A DNA stretch of 64,000 bases from assembly GCF_002113885.1 (NCBI RefSeq), contig NW_018407245.1, forward strand, positions 64,775 through 128,774, in the 5' to 3' direction. This DNA comes from Mizuhopecten yessoensis (lineage: Eukaryota). Below, one piece after another: positions 28,401 to 40,400 of the stretch (positions within the stretch are counted from its first letter, which is position 1; each line of letters starts with the position of its first letter). Made by a program: the position numbers and the translations under genes. Below the pieces are notes generated by a model. The model worked only from the letters and a program-made list of their open reading frames with translations, searched no databases and was not told where the DNA came from.

Positions 28401-31400
28401 GAGTTAACAACTAAAGCATTGATCATTTGTACCCCCAATGGTTTTAGTTTCTTCCATGTGGTAACACAAATTACTTTTTCAATTCCTCAATGTTATGTTC
28501 ATATGAATATTAATCTTTATATTGTATGCACAAGAGGTTCCTATACCACAACCAGTGAAATGTTTACGTGTTTTGATGATCAGTGTGATATGTATGTACT
28601 CTTTCAGCTTCATCAGACAGATGAACAAACACTTTACTTACCTTCGCAAAGAGAATGTTCAGAAATGGATTTTCACATGTATGTATTAGCATTCATCTTT
28701 ACATGTTTATAATAACATCAACTCATTCACCCAAAAAGACACATTTGAACTCTTCCAACTCAAAGGTTGGAATAGTTCATTATGAGATTTCAGGGGTAAA
28801 TGAGTTAATCTTTACTTTTTTATATTGACTAGCACTATCCTTAAATGAATATTTTAAAATTTGTCTAAAATGTACATAGTAACATTCATATTTATATAAT
28901 TTTACTATCAATTATTCAAATATACAGGTCTTTGACCTCACATAGAAAATATGTAAAATTTGGCTACAGCAGCTGTTCAGATAACTGGTTTAGCTAGCTG
29001 ATCATATTGTCTGCGTCACTCTTTGGACTGACAAATTAGGTTTGGAGAGGATAAACAATTTGGTGTGACTATATTAAAGATTTGAGTATAACAGTTTAGA
29101 ACCTGATGGCGAATAGTAGAATATTACAGAAATAACTGCAGAAAGTCGCAGTATATATATTTCACAGATGTCATGGTTACTAACTTCCTACATTTTTAAC
29201 AGTCACAGTAAGTTAGTATTTAGGTGCATTCAGTTGGAAAACATTTTGGGTGGAATGTTTGAAACTTGTACAATACGAAAGTCAACCAGTAGATAACTTA
29301 ACAGTAAGGTATATGTAATAATTGAAAGTTTGCCAGTGTTATTTCTATTGACAAATTACGATTTTTAATATTTTTTAATATGATTAACAGTTAAAAAAAT
29401 ATGTAATTCTAACCAGAATTACAAATACATCTGTAGCACATGTACAAATGCTCTGTAATGTTCCAAAATAATTCACTACAAAAATAAGCAAAGCAGTAAA
29501 AATCGCCAATAAATTCCTCTTGTTATTTTGACACAGTGACTGTAAATATACTTAAAAATAAATCAGTCACCATTTCTTGGTACTACTTTTTGCTAATTCA
29601 TAAATGCAAAGTTGTGATATCTGCAAAAGAAAGCAAGCACATGAGTTTGCATGATACGCCCGTCAGCAGTCATAAGAATCACGCAAATCTACTGATATTA
29701 AGATAGCTATCACACTGAACGTAAAACAGATAAATGGACTAAAGCCATACCATAACATCACCTGTCAGTGGCAGACGTACATAAAATAGGTGATGGAGCC
29801 CCTGCATTCAAAAACAAAAGTAGGTCAAACTGAGGTCACAGTGACTTAATTTTATAATGTTATTAAGATAGAGTCCTACTCTGCAGGTTTTGCCTAACAG
29901 AGTCCTGGTACCAAGTAGTACATGGCCCCTTTCAGGTATCCGATTCAACCGTTTCAACCAGCTGAACCCGAAAAGAAAACGACAGGCTCAGATCTGAACT
30001 GAGGCTGCATGTGACCTCTGGAATATTCCGTGCATGCGTATTAAGGGGTCCAGACGTGCCTGACCGAAACTGAAATGCTGACTATTGCTTGTTTGCATTA
30101 TTTCTTTATCAAGCAAGGTCAATTCACCTAGGATACTTTAGACTATGTTATATTATTTAGTAAACACTCAAAATTGTTATTTATTTGTCATAAAACTCCG
30201 AAACTTTGCTTTTTTTTTTTTTAGCTCTGCCTACAGTTTGGTCTAAGTGCATTAATTTATTGCGGAATATTTCTGCACCACCTGAACCGTTTCACCGGGG
30301 ATATACGAATGCAACCTGTGAGATATGGTTATGAGAAGGGACATAACTCTCTTAAACTGGGCATAAATTCTTCTTATTGCTCATGGCCTCCATCTTCAAA
30401 ATTTATATCAGCCAGCCAAGATTCATCGAAATCCAATCAGATGACGGTAAGTCACATAATGCAGAGACCAATCAGGTTGTAGTATGCTAATAAGATAGTT
30501 TCATCATCATCTAACCTGGCCTCTGTCTTCCTATTGAGTATCTGCTGACCATGTTTCATTGAAACCCAATAAGCTATGATGTGAAATGCAGACCAATCAG
30601 TTTGCAGCATGCTGACTAAGATATGCATACATTTTGTACATACCTCATCCAACTTAGTTTCCATCTACCTAAAATGTTTCTTCCAACCATTTTTATTAAA
30701 TCTGATGATATAAGGAAAGTAATCGCGTGGAAATGAAATGTTTAATAAGTGAAAGGGAAGAGGTCATTCCATAGTACTACCAATTGGAGGCAGACATATA
30801 AAGACACTGTAATTCTGCATGTTTTAGATAGCTTAAGTGAGTTACCTGCTAGTAAGGTAGGAAGAAGAACACAAAGGTATCATATATGTCATGCAACTGA
30901 CACAAACTTCAATGATACTGCCATTATATTGGTGAACAATTAATTACAAACCCTTGGCTGGCTGACCATATGCCGTTGATGTTGTTGCTGCTGCTGTTGC
31001 TGCTGATATCTTTGTCCAGATTTAGAAACTGGGTGTTGCTGCGAGTTTCCAAGGGAACGCCAGTTCTGTTCAATATCTGGGTCATTGGGGTCAGGCTTTG
31101 ACCTTCTTGGCCCTGCAAGTAAAATTGTATCACCACTTTATATATGAAAATGACACAACACATTCTTTGGACTGACAAATTCAGTGGAAATACATTTGGA
31201 GCAGACACACTGTCAGGGTGAACAATCTACCTTTGGTGTGGACACACTGTTTGGGTGAACAATCTACCTTTGGAGTGGACACACTATTTGGGTGAATAAT
31301 TTACATTTGGTGTGAACACACTATTTGAGTGGATAATCTACCTTTGGAGTGGACACACTATTTGGGTGAACAATCTACCTTTGGTGTGGACACACTGTTT

Positions 31401-34400
31401 GGGTGAATAGTCTACCTTTGGAGTGGACACACTGTTTGGGTGAATAGTCTACCTTTGGAGTGGACACACTGTTTGGGTAGTTAATCATAAGGATGAACAG
31501 TCTACATTTGAAGCAGACACATTGTTATTAGAATGAACAGTAAACATACTGTCTGAGTTGACAGTATTAGCTGACATACTGTCTGAGTTGAAAGTCTTAG
31601 TTGACATACTGTCTGAGTTGACAGTATTAGTTGACATACTGTCTGAGTTGAAAGTCTAAGTTGACATACTGTCTGAGCTGACAGTATTTGTTGAAATACT
31701 GTCCCAGTTGGCAGTCCTAGCTGACATACTGTTTGGGTTGACAGTATACAATTGTTTCATTGGTACTGGGGGAACAGTCAAATCTTTGACCTGAGGTAGC
31801 AGGGAAGACCTAGGGAACTGTTCCCTAGGTCTTCCCTGCTACCGAGGGTCAAGGATTTGACTATTCCCCCAGTACCAATGAAACAAATGATTTATTACCT
31901 GACTCTCTATTTAAGTAACTTCCTGAATTATGCGAGTTAGGATAATTGACTGTATGGAAACATTCTCTAATCTGCCGTTATTCGCCATTTTCACCAGACG
32001 ACAACAAACAAATCTGTATCACAAAGACGGTTGAGTGGGGCCGCCGACGGGGAAATTGTCTGCGCATGATTGTCGCGCATGCAACAGTAATGGTGAAACA
32101 GTCGACTGTTGCACCCTGACATTATTTTACGTGTTTTCAGTATTTTCCAGGGATTTTTTTTATTAAAACAGTCAAAAATACTTCATATACACTTAAATAG
32201 AGAGTCGGGTAATAATAATAGTTGACATACTGTCTGAGTTGACAATCTTAGTTTAAATACTGTCTGAGTTGACAGTCTTAGTTGACATACTGTCTGAGTT
32301 GACAGTGTTAGCTGAAATACTGTCTGAGTTGACAGTGTTAGTTGACACATTGTCTGAGTTGACATACTAAGTTGACAAACTGTCTTAGTTGACAGTCTTA
32401 TAGTGGACATACTGTCTGAGTTGACAGTCTTATTTGACATACTGTCTCAGTTGACAGTCTTAGCTGACATACTGTCTGAGTTGACAGTGCTAGTTGACAT
32501 ACTGTCTGAGTAGACAGTATTAGTTGACAGCTGACATACTATCTAAGTTGACAAACTGTCTCAATTGACAGTCTTAGTTGACATACTGTCTCAGTTGACA
32601 GTCTTAGCTGACATACTTTCTGAGTTGACAGTGCTAGTTGACATACTGTCTGAGTAGACAGTATTAGTTGACAGCTGACATACTATCTAAGTTGACAAAC
32701 TGTCTGAGTTGACAGTCTTAGTTGACATACTGTCTGAGTTGAAAGTTGACATAATGTCTCAGTTGACTTTATTATTTGACATACTGTTAGAGATGACAGT
32801 ATTAGCTGACATACTGTCTGAGTTGACAGTTGACATACTGTCTGAGTTGACTTTATTATTTGACATGCTGTTCGAGTTGACAGTCTTAGTTGACATACTG
32901 CCTGAGTTGACAGTATTAGTTGACATACTGTTAGAGATGACCGTATTAGCTGACATACTGTTTGAGTTGACAGTCTTAGTTCTGTCTGAGTTGACAGCCT
33001 ACCTTTGGGCTGGTTGTACTGGCCTTGAGACATATTTCTGTCCAAATATCGACCCTGTTCCTCTGAGTTGTTTCTGTGACCATCCTCCCTCTGTTGTTTT
33101 TTATCCTTTGACCTGAAGTTTTTAAACTTTTCTTCTCTGGAAAATCAACAGAAAATGATATGAAAATTTCACAAGTTCTCAAAGCTGCAGAAGCTGTGCT
33201 CAATAACACATCACTCATTTCCTATTATTATTTAGTCTGATATCCATTTGAGCAATAGTAAGTAAGGTCAAACAGTCTTTACAGATAAAAACATCCGTCT
33301 TTGATACACATAACACATACGAGAATCTTTATACACTCATTCATCTACTGTATACCACAAAGTTTTCCCCTTCGATGGTAAAATGCGTTTTTGCCCAATA
33401 TTAAATATTTCCCTTCGCATTAAATTACAATGTTTTTATTGTTTACAAATGTTCGCTGTAATGATAAAATCGCCCTTATTATAACATAGCAGGCACAAAA
33501 GGCAAAAATTAAACCGAAGTGAAAATTTCCCAGTAAACAGTACTAGTTTACTTTTTCACATAAGTTTTGTCTACAATAAATCTAACATAGCAACTATCGG
33601 TCTTGATGTTCACCTGTTTATAGCAACCACCTCTACATAACAACCTATACACGACTTTCCAGAAATATAAATTGTTTAAAGACACAAAACGGACAAAAGG
33701 TGATTGCAATAGGCCACATAAGATGAAGACTTTGTCTTAGGTGACTTAAAAATGTATTGTTTGATGCTACCACTGCTGTTGGCCAACACCGGAAAATGAA
33801 CACATATGACCCGCCTCCACAGACGGGGTAATGACTGTTGTGGCATGTATAGTAACTGTTGAAAATACTCTGAATGTGTTACCTACATGTGGATAACAAG
33901 ATATGTGTAACACCTTGCCCTTTTATCTACTGCCTCAAGAGAGACAAAACATCTAGTTGTAATATAGGAGAACCCCAGGTTTACTCTTGTCACCCTTTCT
34001 CCTATATTAATGAAGCTATTAGTATTTTTAAGGAAACACTTCTAAAGCAATACACTTCCCAACCATACCCACTTCTAGGAACACCACATACCCACTTCTA
34101 GGAACACCAGAAATTCTACACTTGGAATACCAAGTATTTAATGTAACTAAATATCAGGGGTGGTCGGGTGGCGCAGTGGATAACCCACTTGCCTGTTACC
34201 AAGGCAGTCGGGGTTTGATTCCCTGATGAGACGTGAATAGGTATGGGGTCACCTGCCCCATCACATGGGTTTTCTCCGGGTACTCCAGTTTCCTCCCACA
34301 ATAAGACCCTGTGCTAATTTCTGGGCATACAAGAGTGATTAATATAAGTTGAAATAACTTGTTTCATGATTGTTGCAAAATAAATATTTTTGTTTAAAAA

Positions 34401-37400
34401 CTAAATATCCTCAACTATACATGACCGTTGGTGCTGATAATACAGAAGAAACAAAGCACCTCTCTTTCCTCTGCAGGACTCTGGGACACTCCTTGGCAAT
34501 GTGGCCGATCTTGTTACACACGCGACAACATCGGTCACTAGGTGGTGCCCCTTGAGACAACTGGCTCTTGTCAAAGAAATAATCCTGTCAAAAAAATAAA
34601 AAATCCAATGTTGATCCATACATCACATCATTGGAAACCCACGTTTGATTGTACTAGACTTTATCGCTAGTGCGATCGAACGTGGGTTTCCGACGATGCA
34701 TATATTGTATCAATAAATCTCTCTTTACAGCAGAATAATGGACACTACTATTTGTGAATGACTTTTAAGCAAATCTTCTTTTTCAATCACGAACAACTGA
34801 ATGATAAAGAGTTGCTTGGTAGAACTCATTGTAAATTAACTCACCCCAGGATTGGAGAGGGACTTTGGGATTTCTGCTGGCATACCGTACAGCTCTCGGC
34901 CTCGGATAAATGTCTTCATGATATACTGATTCACTATAAAACACAGGCAGTAAGTACATTAGCATCAAAAACTCCAGGTCGCAAGGAGCATGTTGGGGAA
35001 ATATCTTATACTTTTAACTAAATGGGTAACAGAAGAAGAAAGCACTGAAATACTGGAAACACTGAAATGTTAAATTTTCCATGAATATTTATTTATTTAT
35101 AATATAGCAAGATTTCAATAATATCTTCACCTGTAACTGAACTATGAATTTAAGTTAAGTTGATCTGCTTCACGGAACTCAAAATCATAGCATTGAAATA
35201 CTTATCAATAGATGAATGTGACGTTACTTGGATCATTAACGTATCTCAGATCTATAATTATACAGGCGTTCCTGGACTTTGATCATTAACGTATCTCAGA
35301 TCTATAATTATACAGGCGTTCCTGGCTCTCCCGATGCTTATCCAGTCTAGTTTTAAAAGTGGTAACAGTCGGTGTTAAAACCACATTTTTTCCGGAAGGT
35401 TGTTCCATATTCTTACAATTCGTACAGCACAAAAGTTCTTGCGGATATCTGATCTAGAATATTGTGGAAATACTTTCATTGGATGTTCTCTTATTGTTCC
35501 CGGTCTATGTGATTGATCTTTCCACATCTTAATAAAATCTGTTGCTCTATTATCTTTACTAGTGTTCGTTTTTTTAAACACCTCAATTCAAAATTGATTT
35601 AGATATTCAACCCAAACCAATTCAATACATAAGCAAAGCATGCTTTTTCTTCCAATATCATATTTTTTATGCATAAATAACTCAATTCTGTATGCTAACT
35701 TACCAGACAATGCCTCAGTGTATTAATTGCGATTTCTACAAGTTTTTCATTAACCCTTTCACCCCTATGTAACTTTAGTAGACTCTACCATGCATTGATA
35801 TGGATGAGTCCGTTATGGTCTACAGTGGTGAAAGGGTTACAAAATGTACAGTATAGAAAAAGCTAATCATAAAAGCTATCATCATCGGATACCCATGGCT
35901 GATTTCGCTTCGCTACTCATGATTAGTTATTACGTCGATTTTTTTCGGCAAGTTTGCCCACGGGTGATAATTGAGTAGCGAAGCAAAATCAGCCATGGAT
36001 ATCCGACGATGAAAACCTATATTTACAATTACTGTTCTATATTTTCTATATATCCTGAACACCAGTACTTACTTTTTCTTGACAGACCACCACCCAGGTT
36101 GTGTGATAAATCGAAAGGATCTGCAAAGTAAAAGAAGAGAACCCTGATAATTCTTCATTATGAGTCAATTTCTAGTAAGTTCGTGGAAATTGTGTTCCAT
36201 TGATTTTTTTAGGAACTGAATCAGACCTTCATGGGAATTGTGTGTTAAATTGATTTTTTTTAGGAACTGAATCAGACCTTCATGGGAATTGTGTGTTCCA
36301 TTGATTTTTTTTAGGAACTGAAAAAAGTCAGATCTTGTCACAAAGAGCTCTTACAGAAGCTAAATCTTGTCACAAAGAGTTACAGAAACTTAATCTTGTC
36401 ACAAAGAGTTACAGAAACTTAATCTTGTCACAAAGAGTTACAGAAACTACCTCTTGTTTGTCACAAAGAGTTAAAGAAACTAAATCTTGTCACAAAGAGT
36501 TACAGAAGCTAAATCTTGTTTGTCACAAAGAGTTACTGAAACTAAATCTTGTCACAAAGAGTTACAGAAGCTAAATCTTGTTTGTCACAAAGAGTTACTG
36601 AAACTAAATCTTGTCACAAAGAGTTACTGAAACTAACTCTTGTTTGTCACAAAGAGTTAAAGAAACTAAATCTTGTCACAAAGAGTTACAGAAGCTAAAT
36701 CTTGTTTGTCACAAAGAGTTACAGAAGCTAAATCTTGTTTGTCACAAAGAGTTACAGAAGCTAACTCTTGTTTGTCACAAAGAGTTACAGAAAATAACTC
36801 TTGTTTGTCACAAAGAGTTACAGACACTAAATCTTGTCACAAAGAGTTACAGAAGCTAAATCTTGTTTGTCACAAAGAGTTACTGAAACTAAATCTTGTC
36901 ACAAAGAGTTACAGAAACTAACTCTTATCACAAAGAGTTACAGAAACTAAATCTCGTCACAAAGAGTTACAGAAGCTAAATCTTGTCACAAAGAGTTACA
37001 GAAGCTAAATCTTGTCACAAAGAGTTACAGAAACTTACTCTTGTCACAAAGAGTTACAGAAACTAACTCTTGTCACAAAGAGTTACAGAAACTAAATATT
37101 GTCACAAAGAGTTACAGAAACTAACTCTTTGTTTGTCGAAAAGAGTTACAGAAACTAAATCTTGTCAAAAAGAGTTACAGAAACTAAATCTTGTCACAAA
37201 GAGTTACAGAAACTACCTCTTGTTTGTCACAAAGAGTTACAGACACTAAATCTTGTCACAAAGAGTTACAGAAACTTACTCTTGTCACAAAGAGTTACAG
37301 AAACTAAAACTTGTCACAAAGAGTTACATAAACTAACTCTTGTTTGTCACAAAGAGTTACAGACACTAAATCTTGTCACAAAGAGTTACAGAAACTTAAT

Positions 37401-40400
37401 CTTGTCACAAAGAGTTACAGAAACTTAATCTTGTCACAAAGAGTTACAGAAACTTAATCTTGTCACAAAGAGTTACAGAAACTAAATCTTGTTTGTCACA
37501 AAGAGTTACTGAAACTAAATCTTGTCACAAAGAGTTACTGAAACTAACTCTTGTTTGTCACAAAGAGTTAAAGAAACTAAATCTTGTCACAAAGAGTTAC
37601 AGAAACTAAATCTCGTCACAAAGAGTTACAGAAGCTAAATCTTGTTTGTCACAAAGAGTTACAGAAGCTAAATCTTGTCACAAAGAGTTACAGAAGCTAA
37701 ATCTTGTTTGTCACAAAGAGTTACAGAAGCTAAATCTTGTCACAAAGAGTTACAGAAACTAAATCTTGTCACAAAAAAAGTTCACAAGAATGTGAATTAC
37801 AATCCACACCTGTACAACTTACCCTCTATTGCTATGCACTTTCCGTTCCACAGTTTTTCGAATCGTGTCAGTGGCTCTGATAGTCTGATACACACCACAT
37901 TTTCCTTCATGCAGAACTCTTCAGTGTAAAAGACAAACATGCCCAACCACAACTCCCCGAAACTCTGCTGGTTCTTGCACTTCCAGATTTTGGGCTGAAA
38001 TGTTGAAATATTGAATCTGGAATCAACATCAAAACTAACCCTAAATTTTATTTATTAAAGCTGATGGGAATGATGTTGTGTCTGCTTTTCTATAGGAAGG
38101 GGGCCGGTTATAAGCATTCTTTACCTGTATATGACTATGTCAGTGGTGCCTTACATAGACTCCATAAGGACATCTGAAGCTAGACCCTAACTGTGTCCAT
38201 GATATATAGCTGTACCTCTGATATGAAACTGATTCAAGTCAATTCTCAATCTTTTTCCAAGTCTGAAAGGAATTCTTGATTTCTTTTTCAGTCATGAAAT
38301 CAATTCTAAAATGTCTTTTCCAGTTTGAAATCAGTTTTAAATTTCATTTCAAGTTTGAAATTCATGTTTTTACTCAAATTCATTTCTTTTTCAATCAGTT
38401 GACTAGAATGTAAATGGTACTTTTGTGACAATTCAGTATACATTACTGGTAAAACACAGGCTCATATATATCCAGTCCGGTAATAAGCCCACCCCCTACT
38501 TCTGACATGTTTTCATGCACAGGTCCCCTGGGCTTATCACCGGTGAAATAAGGTGTGGACATGGACACCATTTGAAGCAATGTCAATCTGAACTTGGTGA
38601 AGTGTGCACAGTTGTATCAACTCAAGAACATATTTTGAATGTATCATAGGTATAAACACTAAGTATAAACACTAAATGTGGTGCTACATTTAATACAATG
38701 TTGTTCTACACAGAGAAAATGTCCTTCAATGAAAGCCCTTACATTTCCATAATGTGATTTTCATAAACAGTGAGTCAAAAATACATTTCTTGCAAATTTC
38801 GATCACACACAATTCACCCTAAAACATGGTCTGCAATAATTACCAATTTCTCCGCGTCGTCAAAGTACCACGTGTTCCAGCCATCAATAACCCTTTCTGG
38901 TTTCTTGCCTGGATATAACTGTAACAGAGAAGTGTTCAACCTCTTACTAGAGCTACATTTATAGATCATGATTTAGTTTATTCTTACATCTTCAGATAAA
39001 ACATCAAGAATAAGATATTCATAAAATTATTTCCAATAAATTATTCCTCATTAATCCTTACAACTGATGTAGAGTTGATCAACACATCAAAAATAAGACC
39101 ACAGATATACAAATACCAGGTTTAAATTGATTATTTACACTGCTGGAGATAGTAAACATACTCACCTCCTGTAGGACTGGTAAGACTGAAGGTTTACACT
39201 GCTGGAGGTAGGTAAACACACTCACCTCCTGTAGGACGGGTAAGACTAAAGGTTTACACTGCTGGAGGTAGGTAAACATACTCACCTCCTGTAGGACTGG
39301 TAAGACTGAAGGGTTACACTGCTGGAGGTAGGTAAACACACTCTCCTCCTGTAGGACGGGTAAGACTAAAGGTTTACACTGCTGGAGGTAAGTAAACACA
39401 CTCACCTCCTGTAGGACTGGAAAGATTGAAGTTTACACTACTGGAGGGAGTAAACATACTCACCTCCTGTAGGACTGATAAGACTGAAGGTTTACACTGC
39501 TGGAGGTAGGTAAACATACTCACCTCCTGTAGGACTGGTAAGACTGAAGGTTTACACTGCTGGAGGTAGGTAAACACACTCACCTCCTGTAGGACTGGTA
39601 AGATTGAAGTTTACACTACTGGAGGTAGTAAACATACTCACCTCCTGTAGGACTGGTTAGACTGATGGTTTATACTGCTGGAGGTAGGTAAACATACTCA
39701 CCTCCTGTAGGACTGGTAAGACTGATGGTTTACACTGCTGGAGGTAGTAAACATACTCACCTCCTGAAGGACTGGTAAGACTGAAGGTTTACACTGCTGG
39801 AGGTAGGTAAACACGCTCACCTCCTGTAGGACTGGTAAGACTGAAGGTTTACACTGCTGGAGGTAGTAAACAGACTCACCTCCTGTAGGACCGGTAGGAC
39901 TGAAGGTTTGCACTGCTGGAGGTAGTAAACATACTCACCTCCTGAAGGACTGGAAAGACTGAAGGTTTACACTGCTGGAGGTAGGTAAACACGCTCACCT
40001 CCTGTAGGACTGGTAAGACTGAAGGTTTACACTACTGGATGTAGTAAACATAATCACCTCCTGTAGGACCGGTAGGACTGAAGGTTTGCACTGCTGGAGG
40101 TAGTAAACATACTCACCTCCTGAAGGACTGGTAAGACTGAAGGTTTACACTGCTGGAGGTAGTAAACAGACTCACCTCCTGTAGGACCGGTAGGACTGAA
40201 GGTTTGCACTGCTGGAGGTAGTAAACATACTCACCTCCTGTAGGACCGGCAAGACTGAAGGTTTACACTGCTGGAGGTAGTACACACACTCACCTCCTGT
40301 AGGACTGGTAAGACTGAAGGTTTACACTACTGGATGTAGTAAACATAATCACCTCCTGTAGGACCGGTAGGACTGAAGGTTTACACTACTGGAGGTAGTA

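Noticed and set aside
39079-39913. ORFs encoding repeated YLQQCKPSVLPVLQE as a separate gene
   Set aside because: They are amplified copies of the TUT exon 16 end, broken by frameshifts
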